DNA of 64,000 nt from Planctomycetota bacterium (GTDB lineage: Bacteria > Planctomycetota > SZUA-567 > H5-PLA8): assembly GCA_045863855.1 (NCBI GenBank), contig BTVV01000010.1, positions 1-64,000 on the forward strand, given 5' to 3'. The first letter of the stretch is position 1. Each line of letters begins with the position of its first letter. The translations under genes were made by a program, and so were the position numbers. Positions 9,975 through 20,056 of the stretch are shown here, piece by piece. The notes under the pieces were generated by a model that was not told the origin of the DNA, made no database searches, and worked only from the letters and a program-made list of their open reading frames with translations.

Positions 9975-11138
9975 CTACAGCACCACCAGATTATCCCGGT
10001 GCACCACTTCCTCGAAGAGCAACTGCCCCAGCACCTGGGCGATTTTTTGCGTCTTCAGGCCGCGGATCGCGTCGATCTCGGCGGCTGTGTAGTTGGCCAG
10101 CCCGCGCGCGAAGGCGTGCCCGTCGGGGCCGGCCAGTTCCACCAGCGCGCCGCTGCCGAAGCGTCCTTCGACGCTCACGATCCCGCTGGGCAGCAGGCTC
10201 TTGTGCCGCTTCACCAGCGCTTCGCGCGCCCCGGCGTCCACCCGGATCGTGCCCTGCGAGCGCGCGCTGAAGGCGAGCCAGCGCTTGCGTGCGACCAGCC
10301 GGTCGCCGCGCGGCGGGAAGTAGGTGCCCACCTCGCGCCCTTCGAAGACTTCCAGCAGCACGCGCGGATCGTGCCCGCCGACGAGGACCATCGCTTCGCC
10401 GGCGGCCGTCACGATCTTCGCGGCCTGCAGCTTGGTGACCATCCCGCCGGTGCCCAGGAACGATCCGGTCGGCGCCGCCAGCGCCTCGATCCGCGCCGTC
10501 ACTTCGGGAACGCACGAAATCAGCTTGGCGTCCGGGTTCTCGCGCGGCGGCGCGTCGAGCAGTCCCGGGACGTCGGTCAGGAGCACCAGCGCCTGCGCTT
10601 CGGCGGCGACGGCGACCAGCGCGCTGAGGCGGTCGTTGTCGCCGAACTTGATCTCGTCCACCGAGACGGTGTCGTTCTCGTTTACGATCGGGACCGCGCC
10701 GCGCTCGAAGAGCGCCTCCAGCGTGTGCCGCGCGTTGAGGTAACGGGTGCGGTCTTCGAGCCCGTCGCGCGTCAGGAGCAACTGCCCCACGGCGCGCGGC
10801 GGTGTCTGTTTGCGGAAGGCTTCGGCGTAGTAGTGCATCAGCGCGACTTGGCCCGCGGCCGCGCAAGCCTGGCGTTCGGGGACCGACTGGGGCCGCGTCT
10901 TGAAGCCCAGTTGCCCCGCGCCGGCGCCGATCGCGCCCGACGTGACCAGCGCCACCTCGCGCCCCTGGTTCCACAGTTCGCCCAAGGCCGCGGCCAGCGC
11001 GCGGAGATACATCCGGTTGACGTGCAGGCCGCCGCCGGTGAGCAGCGAGGTGCCGACTTTCACGACGACGCGGCGCGCCTTCTTCAAGGCGGCGCGGTCG
11101 TGAAGGGGGGAAGTCATACGGCGCGACGAGTGAGCCAT
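9975..11138 (-). CDS. proB: Glutamate 5-kinase with PUA domain
   Basis: VVVKVGTS, LVTSGAI, PIVNENDTV, FGDNDRLSA, GTGGMVTKL, and C-terminal PUA (SLLPSGI...VVHRDNLV). Alternative start at 11117. Confidence 0.97.
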   Translation of the reverse strand: MAHSSRRMTSPLHDRAALKKARRVVVKVGTSLLTGGGLHVNRMYLRALAAALGELWNQGREVALVTSGAIGAGAGQLGFKTRPQSVPERQACAAAGQVALMHYYAEAFRKQTPPRAVGQLLLTRDGLEDRTRYLNARHTLEALFERGAVPIVNENDTVSVDEIKFGDNDRLSALVAVAAEAQALVLLTDVPGLLDAPPRENPDAKLISCVPEVTARIEALAAPTGSFLGTGGMVTKLQAAKIVTAAGEAMVLVGGHDPRVLLEVFEGREVGTYFPPRGDRLVARKRWLAFSARSQGTIRVDAGAREALVKRHKSLLPSGIVSVEGRFGSGALVELAGPDGHAFARGLANYTAAEIDAIRGLKTQKIAQVLGQLLFEEVVHRDNLVVL

Positions 11139-11189
11139 GGGACGGCGCTTATAACGGGAAGCCCGTGAACGGTAAAGGCGCGGCGGGAC

Positions 11190-11700
11190 GGCTTAAACCG
11201 CCAAGACGCCATGCATGCCTATGCCGTAAACCCATTAAAGGCGGTGAAATGGTCTGTTGAGCTTGCTCACGATCCCATTCGCCGGCAACGATCGATCGCT
11301 ATAATGGGCAGGATGCTGGACGCGATCGCCACGGCCCCCAACGCATAGACGACCGCGATAGGCGGATCGAGCCGCTTCCAGCCCCAAGCGCGGAAAGTCC
11401 AGCCTTCGGTCCCGACGACGGTCAGGTACGTAAGCCAAAGGACAATCCCTAAGGTCTGAACGCCAAACAACACGGTATAGAGACCATAGCCATCTCGGTC
11501 GCCGCGCTTCAACTTCCCAGCGAGCAGGATGGATAAGATGCCTAGCAGATTGCCCGTGAGTATCTGTAGCAGGCCTAGAATCCAAATCGCTTGGCGTAGC
11601 CGGGAATCCATGGCGCAGAACTCGCGGGCCATCCGTACTTTATCGGAGTGCGCAAGGTACGCCGTACCCTCGTCCCAATCCGTTCTTGGCAGTTAAAGCC
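11190..11700. repeat. 17-bp inverted repeats GGCTT(A/T)AAC(C/T)GCCAAGA bracketing an orphan gene
   Basis: ggcttaaaccgccaaga at 11190-11206; tcttggcagttaaagcc at 11684-11700 (15/17 match). The right arm abuts the stop codon of the neighbouring gene. Confidence 0.55.
11267..11632 (-). CDS. Small orphan membrane protein (~3 TM)
   Basis: 121-aa ORF with three hydrophobic stretches, visibly lower GC than its neighbours, filling the gap between proB and the TIM-barrel gene. Alternative start at 11611. Confidence 0.6.
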   Translation of the reverse strand: MAREFCAMDSRLRQAIWILGLLQILTGNLLGILSILLAGKLKRGDRDGYGLYTVLFGVQTLGIVLWLTYLTVVGTEGWTFRAWGWKRLDPPIAVVYALGAVAIASSILPIIAIDRCRRMGS

Positions 11701-12513
11701 CTACCGGCTCTTGCGCGCCTTATCGATGCAATCGCGCACGTACTGCAGGCTCTTGGCCAGCGCCGCCGACTTATCGTCGCCGCCCACGCTGCATTCGTAG
11801 GCCATGTACCCGGTGAAGCCGATATCCAAGAGCGCCTTGAAGCCCGCGACGAAATCGATGTCGCCGGTCCCGGGTTCCTTGCGCGTGTTGTCGGCCAGAT
11901 GGACGTGCTTCACGTACGCCCCCGCGTCGCGGATCGCCTGCGGCGAATTCTCCTCTTCGATGTGCATGTGGAAGAAGTCGCTGATGATCGCCACGTTCGG
12001 ATGCGCGCAGCGCTTGCAGATCTCGACCCCGTCGGCCTGCTTGCGCAGCAGGTGCTGCTCGTAGCGGTTCAGCGGTTCGAGCATGAAGAGCGTCTTGTGC
12101 TCTTTCGCGTGCTCGCCCAGTTCCTGGCAGATCAGCGTGAGCAGGTCCTTCTCGAGGTCCACGGCGCTCTTGAGCGGCGCGAGGTCGTTGATCCGCGGCG
12201 GCCCAAAGATGGGCGGCACGATCTGGCCGACGGCGCCGAACTTGCCCGCCAGTTCGAGGTACTGCTTGCTCTCGTCGATGCTCTGGCGCCGCTTCTTCGG
12301 GTCCGGGTCGAGGAACTCGAACGAAGCGTTCCCGCAGATCGAGACGACCGGGACGGGCGAATGCTCGTAATCGCGCAGCGCCTGGTCGAGCGCCGGCGGG
12401 CGGTACTGCCACGCCGAAATCTCGATGCCTTCGACCCCGTGGTCGGCGGCCCACTTCAGCTTGTCGGAAAGTTCCTTGCCCGGGAGGAGTCCGGTTTGCA
12501 CGGCGATCTTCAT
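11701..12513 (-). CDS. Sugar phosphate isomerase/epimerase (xylose isomerase-like TIM barrel, AP_endonuc_2)
   Basis: Metal ligands in LEPLNRYE, DFFHMHIEE, HVHLADNTRKEPGTGDIDF and YMAYEC. Confidence 0.9.
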   Translation of the reverse strand: MKIAVQTGLLPGKELSDKLKWAADHGVEGIEISAWQYRPPALDQALRDYEHSPVPVVSICGNASFEFLDPDPKKRRQSIDESKQYLELAGKFGAVGQIVPPIFGPPRINDLAPLKSAVDLEKDLLTLICQELGEHAKEHKTLFMLEPLNRYEQHLLRKQADGVEICKRCAHPNVAIISDFFHMHIEEENSPQAIRDAGAYVKHVHLADNTRKEPGTGDIDFVAGFKALLDIGFTGYMAYECSVGGDDKSAALAKSLQYVRDCIDKARKSR

Positions 12514-12911
12514 GGCGCGTCCTTTCGATGCGTGTCGTGGAGTCGGCGAGGATGAACGTTCGGAGATTAGCGCGGGGCGGGTGGGGCGCAAGGAGATTCG
12601 ACGCCGCGGCGTGCGGCCGGGCGGGCCCGGTCGCGGGGAACTTCAACCGGGCCTTCGGGATGCAGGTGGAACGAGCGGTTTGAATAGCCGATTGCTTTGC
12701 GCGTCGGTGAAGTATGCAGCGAGGGCCGGAGCGGACGGGGCGGCGTTACCCGTGCGCTCCGGTAGTTATTGGCGGGGACGGCCGAACCATCGCACTTATC
12801 GCTCTGTAAATTCCCATGCACATTCGTCCGCTTCCGCCGACTGGACAGCGCCCTACGCGGCGGTAGTTTCATGCTGCGTGCATTACGCGCGAGGAACATG
12901 GGACGCCGATC

Positions 12912-13265
12912 ATGATCGAATGCCGCGAAGTGACGACCCTGGAAGCGTGGACGGAACTCTGGGACGCTCAGGAAGGCGCCGAGGCCGGCCGTCTCCTCAT
13001 CTTCAAGAAAAGCCCGATCTGCCCGGTCAGCCACATGGCCGAACGGAGTTTCCGCGAGTGGCTGAAGTCCAGCGCCCCGGTCGGAGACTTGAGCGTGGTG
13101 GAAGTCGATGTCGTCAACAGCCGGCCGATCTCGCAGCGCATCGCCGCCGACACCGGCGTGCGCCACGAATCGCCTCAAGCGCTCCTCATTGGCCCCGAAC
13201 GCCGCGTGCTCTGGAGCGACAGCCACAGCGGCGTGAACCGGGAAAGTCTGGGCGCGGCGGTGTGA
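12912..13265 (+). CDS. YtxJ/BrxC-like monothiol thioredoxin-fold protein (DUF2847)
   Basis: LIFKKSPICPVS, SRPISQRIA..GVRHESPQALLI...W..SH match the YtxJ pattern. Confidence 0.82.
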   Translation: MIECREVTTLEAWTELWDAQEGAEAGRLLIFKKSPICPVSHMAERSFREWLKSSAPVGDLSVVEVDVVNSRPISQRIAADTGVRHESPQALLIGPERRVLWSDSHSGVNRESLGAAV

Positions 13266-13376
13266 GGCGTGCGAAGGTGAACGGTAAAAAGTAAGAAGGG
13301 CGGGCCGCAGCGAATCGCAAGTCCATGGCCGTTCAATCCAATATCCAACAGCCAATTCGGAACATCCCCAATCCGC

Positions 13377-16300
13377 TTACCTTCCTGCGTCCAAGATTCC
13401 ACGGACGCGTGTCGCCAGCGTCGCGGGCATGTAGGGTTTCTGGATGAAGTCGAGGCCGGACTCCAGCACGCCGTGTTCTTTGACGATGTCTTCCGGATAC
13501 CCGGACGAGAATAGCACTTTCAGCTCCGGGCGTTCTTCGCGCAGCAGCCGCGCCAGTTCCTTTCCTCCCAGCTTGGGCATCAGCACGTCGGTGATGAGCA
13601 GGTGTATCGTGGCTTTGTGCGCGCGGGCCGTGTCGAGCGCCGCGAGTCCGTGCGGCGCGGTCAGGACGCGGTAGCCGAGTTCGCCGAGCATCTCGAAGAC
13701 CATCGAGAGCATCGACGGCTCGTCGTCGACCAGCAATATCGTCTCGTCGCCCGTAGGGAACGTCTCGGGCTCGGGATGCGGGCCGATCGTTTCGGCGTTC
13801 AGCCGGGTGGCCGGCAGGTAAACGCTAAAGGTGCTTCCGCGCCCCGGCGCGCTTTCCACGGTAAGCTGGCCTTGGTGCTGCTTGACGATCCCGTAGCACG
13901 TGGCCAAGCCCAAGCCGGTGCCCTTGCCGGGTTCTTTCGTCGTGAAAAACGGTTCGAAGATGTGGGCTTGGACTTCGGGCGTCATGCCGGCGCCGGTATC
14001 GCGTACGCGCAACCCGGCGTAAGGGCCGGGGGTCAATTCCAGCGCGCGCGCGGCGTCTTCGGCAATATGCGCATAGAACGTTTCGACGGCCAACTTCCCG
14101 CCCTGGGGCATCGCGTCGCGTGCGTTGACGGCCAGATTGAAGAGCACCTGTTCGAGTTGTCCCGGATCGACCGTTGCCGACGGAAGCGACGGCTGGAATT
14201 TCGTCTCCAGCTCGATGTTGTCGCCGATGAGACGGTGCAGCAGCCCCGCGGAATGGCGCACCAGTTCGTTCAGATCGATGGGTTTGAGCTGCACGACCTG
14301 CTTGCGCGCGAAGGCCAGCAACTGCCCGGTCAGCGATGCGCCGCGCTTGGCGGCTTCCAGAACTTGCTGGAGATACTGCTCCTGCTGCGATCCGGCCGGT
14401 GCCTTGAGCACGCTCAGTTCGGCGTAGCCGATGATGGCGCCGAGCAGGTTGTTGAAGTCGTGCGCGATGCCGCCGGCGAGGCGCCCGACGGTTTCCATCT
14501 TCTGCGCGTGCAGCAGTTGCGCTTCCAGGCGCTTGCGGTCGGTCACGTCGTGAATAATCGCCAGCAGGTGCGGCTTGCCCGCGTAGTGGAAGGCGCGCCC
14601 CTGGCCTTCCACGCTGATCACGACGCCGTCGGCGCGGATCAGCGAACCGTGTCCCTTGAACGATCCGGTGCTGGCCGTCTCGCGGATAAAGCGGGTGAAC
14701 TCGGACAGCGAATCGGAATGAATGAAGCGTTCCAGCGGCGGGCGCAGGAGATCGTCGCGCGTGCAGCCCAGCAGCGCGCACGCGGCGGAATTCGCTTCGA
14801 TCACCGCGCCGTCCTCGGTCAGCAGGATCAGCGCATCGGTGACGGCCTCGAAGATCGAACGGTACTGCGCCTGCCGCTCGCTCAGCGTTTCCTCGGCGCG
14901 TACGCGGTCGGTGATGTCGATGCTGATCCCGCCCAGCAGCGGCGGGCGGTTGGGCCGTAGAATCGGGAACTTGTAGCTGAGGTAATGCGACTTCTTACCG
15001 CCGTGTACGATGCTCTCGGTGATCTGCAGCGATTCGCAGCGCGCCAGCACCCAGCGGTCGTTTTCGCCGATGGTGCGGGCGGCCTCGGCCGGCAGCACTT
15101 CCTCGCTCGTCCGTCCGATCCACTGTTCGCGCGGGATGCCGTAAAGCCGCGTGCAGGCTTCGTTGACGAAAAGAAATCGAAGGCGCTCGTCTTTCATGTA
15201 CGCCAGGCCGGGCATGTGGCGCATGAACTGCGAAAACCGTTCCTCGCTTTCGCGCAGCGCCTGTTCGGCGAGCTTGCGGTCGGTGATGTCGCGTCCGACG
15301 GATTGCAATTCGGTGAGGCGGCCTTGTGCGTCGAAGAGGCCCCGGTCGGTCCATTGCTGCCAGCCCCAGGTGCCGTCGGGGCGGCGCACCCGGTGTTCGT
15401 CGGTGGCCGAAGGGTGCGCGGGGGTCAGCGCCGCGACCTTGTCGCGCAGCGACTGGAGATCGTCGGGGTTGACGAGCGAAAAGAAGCTGCTCCCCACCGC
15501 CGTTTTGGGGCTGAGTCCGAAATAGCGCCGGTAAGCTTCGTTCGCGAACGTGCGCGTGCCGTCGGGCTTCCAGCGCACCACGAATTCGACCTGATCCTCG
15601 ACGATGGCGCGGTAGCGCGCTTCGCTCTCGCGCACCTGCCCCTCGGCTTCGACGCGGTCGGTGACGTCGAGCAGAAATCCTTCCAGCAGCTTGAGCCGGC
15701 CGTCCTCGAAGACTCCCGCACCGAATTCGTCGATCCAGCGCAGCGCGCCGTCCTTGCGCCGGATGCGGTAACGCAATTCGAACGACTGCTGCGCGGCCAG
15801 CGCGGCGTCCACCGCCACCGCGATTCCGGGCGCGTCGTCGGGATGATACAAATCCACCCAACTGACGCGGTCGGAAAGAAAGTCGTCCTTCGCGTAGCCC
15901 GTCAGCTTCTCGACCGCGTCGTTCAGGTACAGCGTCGAATAGCGCGCGTCGTTGCGGCACAGGTAGATCACGCCGGGCACGTGCTCGGCCAGCAGCCGGA
16001 AGCGTTCTTCGCTTTCCTTTAGCGCCTGTTCGGAGCGCTTGCGCTCGGTGATATCGGTGGCGACGCACAGGGCGCTCTCGATATGTCCGGGCTTGCCCAG
16101 CGGCACGTAGCGGCACAAGTAGCTGCGGCCGTTCAGGTCGCGCACCTCGGTGCTGTGGCTCGCGCTGCCGGCGAAGATCTCGTGCAGCGCCGCGGTCGTG
16201 AGGTGCGCGTCGTCGGGGTGCGTCAGCTTTTCGGCTTCGACCCCCAGCACGTCCTCCAACCTGTAGCCCGGCGCGACGAAATTGATGTACGCGATGCGGT

Positions 16301-17276
16301 GCGCGCGGTCGTAGATCAAAATGTGATCCGGAGCGGCTTCGAGCAGCTTCCGGTTTTTCTCCTCCGATGCGCGCAGCTCTTCCTCCATGCGCTTGCGTTC
16401 GGTGATGTCCTGAGCCGTGCCCACGATCAGCTTGACGCGCCCCTCCGGCGTGCGGCTGAAGACCGTGTCGCGCCCGACGAACCAGCGCCACGATCCGTCG
16501 GCGTGGCGCATGCGGTATTCGATTTCGAGCGTTTCGCCGTCGCCGGTCGTCTCCCAGCGCGAGATCAAGCTCGGCAGGCGCTTGAGGTCTTCCGGATGAG
16601 TCAGCCGCGGCAGGAAATCGGTTCCCATTTCTTTGATCTGCTGGGGGCTGTAGCCCAGGTCCTGGGCGAACTGCCGGTTCGCGTAGACGTTCTTCCGCTC
16701 CTGAAGGTCGAACAGATAAATGATCAGCGGCGAGGCTTCGGCGATCCGCTCGACGAACTGCCGGCTCTCGCGCAGCGCCTCCTGCGTGCGCCTCCGTTCG
16801 GTGATGTCCTCGGCGATGCCCGCCACCCGCGAGACGCCGCCCTGCGCGTCGTAGATCGGAAACGCGCGGTCGCGAATCCAGCGCACGGAGCCGTCGGGGC
16901 GTTGGATCGGATATTCTTGCTCCCAGTGCCCTTTGGCGATGCCCTGAAAGTACGAGCTTTCCACCTCCGCGCGCTCGGACTCCGGAATGCTCTCCAGCCA
17001 CGCCAGCGGGTTGGCGTAGAGTTCATCCGCCGGCTTGCCCCAGATGCGCTGGAAGGCGGGGCTGACGTAAAGCATCCGGTGTTGCTGCCAGTCGGCGAGC
17101 CAGAAGACCTGCTGAAGATTATCGGTCAGTTGGCGGAAGCGTTCTTCGCTCTGCCGCAGTTGCTCTTCCAGCGCCGTGAGCCGGTCGACTTCGACGCGCA
17201 GGCGTTCGGCTTGCTCGCGCCAAGGCGGAGCTTGAGGCGGCAAGTCGGACGAAGAAGCGGCTGGCGATGCAGACAT
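13377..17276 (-). CDS. Cytoplasmic hybrid sensor histidine kinase with ~7 PAS/PAC domains and a C-terminal receiver (CckA-like)
   Basis: Repeated DIT(E/D)RK linkers, H-box GIAHDFNNLL, NLAVNARDAM, FEPFFTTK, GTGLGL, receiver ILLVDDE...LITDVLMP...KPY. Confidence 0.95.
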   Translation of the reverse strand: MSASPAASSSDLPPQAPPWREQAERLRVEVDRLTALEEQLRQSEERFRQLTDNLQQVFWLADWQQHRMLYVSPAFQRIWGKPADELYANPLAWLESIPESERAEVESSYFQGIAKGHWEQEYPIQRPDGSVRWIRDRAFPIYDAQGGVSRVAGIAEDITERRRTQEALRESRQFVERIAEASPLIIYLFDLQERKNVYANRQFAQDLGYSPQQIKEMGTDFLPRLTHPEDLKRLPSLISRWETTGDGETLEIEYRMRHADGSWRWFVGRDTVFSRTPEGRVKLIVGTAQDITERKRMEEELRASEEKNRKLLEAAPDHILIYDRAHRIAYINFVAPGYRLEDVLGVEAEKLTHPDDAHLTTAALHEIFAGSASHSTEVRDLNGRSYLCRYVPLGKPGHIESALCVATDITERKRSEQALKESEERFRLLAEHVPGVIYLCRNDARYSTLYLNDAVEKLTGYAKDDFLSDRVSWVDLYHPDDAPGIAVAVDAALAAQQSFELRYRIRRKDGALRWIDEFGAGVFEDGRLKLLEGFLLDVTDRVEAEGQVRESEARYRAIVEDQVEFVVRWKPDGTRTFANEAYRRYFGLSPKTAVGSSFFSLVNPDDLQSLRDKVAALTPAHPSATDEHRVRRPDGTWGWQQWTDRGLFDAQGRLTELQSVGRDITDRKLAEQALRESEERFSQFMRHMPGLAYMKDERLRFLFVNEACTRLYGIPREQWIGRTSEEVLPAEAARTIGENDRWVLARCESLQITESIVHGGKKSHYLSYKFPILRPNRPPLLGGISIDITDRVRAEETLSERQAQYRSIFEAVTDALILLTEDGAVIEANSAACALLGCTRDDLLRPPLERFIHSDSLSEFTRFIRETASTGSFKGHGSLIRADGVVISVEGQGRAFHYAGKPHLLAIIHDVTDRKRLEAQLLHAQKMETVGRLAGGIAHDFNNLLGAIIGYAELSVLKAPAGSQQEQYLQQVLEAAKRGASLTGQLLAFARKQVVQLKPIDLNELVRHSAGLLHRLIGDNIELETKFQPSLPSATVDPGQLEQVLFNLAVNARDAMPQGGKLAVETFYAHIAEDAARALELTPGPYAGLRVRDTGAGMTPEVQAHIFEPFFTTKEPGKGTGLGLATCYGIVKQHQGQLTVESAPGRGSTFSVYLPATRLNAETIGPHPEPETFPTGDETILLVDDEPSMLSMVFEMLGELGYRVLTAPHGLAALDTARAHKATIHLLITDVLMPKLGGKELARLLREERPELKVLFSSGYPEDIVKEHGVLESGLDFIQKPYMPATLATRVRGILDAGR

Positions 17277-17591
17277 GCGTTAGGTATCGGGTCCGGATGC
17301 AGTTCAGGTCCGGCGCGTTCCATAAGACGACCGGAAAAGAATAACGGAGCGGGGAGCGATAAATCCAGTCCCGTTAGAAATGATTCGGCAACGCGCGGGC
17401 CGATTTGGACGACATATAGATGTTGGGGGACGACGGGCGTGCACAGGTGCACGATGGACTTGTGCGTTTCGTTGCCGCCGCTTACCCCGCGAAGTATAGT
17501 GCGTGTCGAACTTGCCGGGCGCATGCCGTGGCCTGCGAGTTTGCCTCGCCTGCCCTGCTCGTCCCGGGGGCGCTCGGAGGATCTTCCCTGC

Positions 17592-19916
17592 ATGCGTTGC
17601 GCATCCTGGTTCGAGGCGTTCGCCGGACAGCTTGATCGAACTCGATTTCGTGCGGTGCTGGTGCTGGCCGTGTGCGCGCTACTGGCGCCTGTGGCGCGCG
17701 GCGAAGAAGAAGAGCCTCTGCCCGAAGCCGGCGAAGCGCTGACCGACCTTACGCCCGTCCGCCAGCTTTCGAAACTGATCCTCGAGACCATCCGCGAAGC
17801 GCCGCTGGACGAAGTGTGGGAATCCGTGGGCCGGCTGGTGCGGTTGGGCCGATTGCCCGACAGCCCGGTGGCCGAACTGCTGGAACAGGCGCTGAAGGAT
17901 CCGGATGAAAAGGTGCGCCTCGCTTCGGCGCGCGCGCTGTGCCAGTTGGGCCAGACCGATCTGGCCGGTACGATTCTCTTGGCGCTCGTGAAGGACAGCA
18001 AAGACGCTCAGGTGCGCCGCTACGCCGCCGCCGCGGTGGGCCTGACGCCCAAGCTCTACGGGCACAAGGGCGCGACCGAGGCGCTCGTCGCGGCCCTCGA
18101 AGCCGAGACCGCCGCCGAGAACAAGATCGCCGCCGCGCGCGCGCTTTGGCGCATCAGCGGGCGCGGCGAAGCCAAGGCGCTGCTGGCGCAGACCATGCGC
18201 ACCAGCCGCGAAAAGGCCGCACGCGACGAATCGGCGCTGGCGCTGGCCGAGATGGGCTTCCTGGTCGCCAAGGACGAATGGGAAGGCCGGCCCGAAGAAG
18301 CGCTCCTGCGCGATGTCTTCGAACGCCTGGAAGACCTGAAGGACGAACCCACCGAACGCGGGCAGCGCGCCGACAACCTCTTCAACACGCTGGAAGCCGA
18401 CGCGCAGCGCCTGATGCACCCCGAGATGCAGGACGGCTTCCGCCTGATGCGGGAAGTCCTGGGCTGGGTCCAGAAAGCTTACCCCGACGAAGCGAAGGGC
18501 AACGACCTCGAAGCGCTCTTCGAGCACGCCAGCAAGGGCCTGATCGACACGCTCGATCCGTTCAGCGAGTACCTCGACCGCGAAGAAGTGAAGGCCACGC
18601 AGGAAATGCTGCGCCAGGATTACGGCGGCATCGGCGCGTACGTCGGCGTGCGCGACAACAAGTTCACCATCATCAGCCCCATCTACGGCAGCCCCGCCGA
18701 CCGAGCGGGCCTGCGCAGCATGGACGTGATCCTCGAAGTCGACGGGCACGACACCAGCGAAATGATCGACGACGGCGGCATGAACACGGTCATCACGCGG
18801 CTGAAAGGCGAACCCGGTTCGCCGGTGAAGCTGAAGTATTTCCGCAAGGGCTTCATGAAGGCGCTCGAAGTGACCATCATCCGCGACAGCATCAAAGTGC
18901 AGAGCGTCTACCACGCGCTTCTGCCCGGGCATATCGGCTACATCCGCCTGACGCGCTTCGGCGAACGCAGCACCGAGGAGATGAAGGAAGCGCTGGCCGA
19001 ACTGGTCGATAAGCAGAAGGTGAAGGGCATGATCTTCGACCTGCGCGACAACCCCGGCGGGCTCCTGCGCACCGGCGTCGAGATCGCCGACCAGTTCCTC
19101 AGCGGCGGGAAGCTGATCGTCTACAGCCAGGGCCGCGACGAGTTCGCGCCGTACAAGCCCTTCTACAGCCACGGGGGCGCCGACCGCGAGGAGTTCCCCA
19201 TGGTCTGCCTCGTCAACAACGGTTCCGCTTCGGCCAGCGAGATCGTGGCCGGCTGCCTGCAGCACTACAAGCGCGCGCAACTGATCGGCGAGAAAACCTA
19301 CGGCAAAGGCAGCGTGCAGCAGATCATCCCGCTCCGCGCCACCCGCCGCGAAACCCAGTTGCGCCTCACCATCGCCAAGTATTACCTGCCCAGCGGACAT
19401 TGCATCCACGAGAAGGGCATCGAACCCGACGGCGCGCAGGCGCAGTCCGAATACGACGACTGGACTTGGCGCCAGATCTACGAACTGCGCGAAGCCCGCA
19501 CCTTCGAAAACTTCGTCCGCGACCGCTGGGACGCCAACAAAGCTTCGTTCCTGCTGCTCTCCGAGTGGGACGGCCGCGAAACCGCCAAGTATCCGGACTT
19601 CGACGCCTTCTACGAGGGGCTGAAGGACCGCCGCATCGCCCGCGACGACGTGCGCAGCGAGATTCGCCGCGTCGTGCGCCGCATGGCCCAGGACGAGATG
19701 CGCCAGGAGTACGCTTGCGATCTGCAGGAAGACCAGGTGCTTCAACGCGGTGTCTTCGAGCTGAGCAAGAAGATGCCCGTGGACCTGGCCGGCATCGTGC
19801 AGTACCGCGAGCTGGCGGAGAAGTTCAAGAACGCCACCAAGCCCGACCCGGCGCTGAGCGCGCTGGCGCCCAAGGAAGCAACTCCCGCCGAGAAGGCGCT
19901 GGAACCGGCGAAGTAG
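17592..19916 (+). CDS. S41A C-terminal processing peptidase (CtpA/Prc-like) with N-terminal HEAT repeats and PDZ
   Basis: Signal-like AVLVLAVCALLAPVARG; HEAT repeats (ALKDPDEKVRLASARAL, DKDAQVRRYAAAAVG-like); PDZ YGGIGAYV...GSPADRAGL; DLRDNPGG; catalytic SASASEIVAG and KTYGKGSVQ. Start is approximate. Confidence 0.92.
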   Translation: MRCASWFEAFAGQLDRTRFRAVLVLAVCALLAPVARGEEEEPLPEAGEALTDLTPVRQLSKLILETIREAPLDEVWESVGRLVRLGRLPDSPVAELLEQALKDPDEKVRLASARALCQLGQTDLAGTILLALVKDSKDAQVRRYAAAAVGLTPKLYGHKGATEALVAALEAETAAENKIAAARALWRISGRGEAKALLAQTMRTSREKAARDESALALAEMGFLVAKDEWEGRPEEALLRDVFERLEDLKDEPTERGQRADNLFNTLEADAQRLMHPEMQDGFRLMREVLGWVQKAYPDEAKGNDLEALFEHASKGLIDTLDPFSEYLDREEVKATQEMLRQDYGGIGAYVGVRDNKFTIISPIYGSPADRAGLRSMDVILEVDGHDTSEMIDDGGMNTVITRLKGEPGSPVKLKYFRKGFMKALEVTIIRDSIKVQSVYHALLPGHIGYIRLTRFGERSTEEMKEALAELVDKQKVKGMIFDLRDNPGGLLRTGVEIADQFLSGGKLIVYSQGRDEFAPYKPFYSHGGADREEFPMVCLVNNGSASASEIVAGCLQHYKRAQLIGEKTYGKGSVQQIIPLRATRRETQLRLTIAKYYLPSGHCIHEKGIEPDGAQAQSEYDDWTWRQIYELREARTFENFVRDRWDANKASFLLLSEWDGRETAKYPDFDAFYEGLKDRRIARDDVRSEIRRVVRRMAQDEMRQEYACDLQEDQVLQRGVFELSKKMPVDLAGIVQYRELAEKFKNATKPDPALSALAPKEATPAEKALEPAK

Positions 19917-20056
19917 AAGCGGGGCTTAAATGCGAAGGGCCCCCGGAAACCAGGAGCCCAGCGCCGACCGGAAATTTCCAGTCCGACTTATCTAACTCTT
20001 ACGGCTGTCTTCGGTGCTTTTCAATCCAAGTTCGATCCGCTGGCGGCAGTCGCGGA

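Noticed and set aside
11190..11700. Autonomous IS element
   Set aside because: The enclosed ORF is a small hydrophobic protein without DDE/HUH motifs, and no target-site duplication is evident.
16083..17591. 1277-aa version of the S41 protease ORF
   Set aside because: The first ~500 codons are antisense to the histidine kinase and span the divergent promoter gap; the signal-peptide-like start is near 17592.
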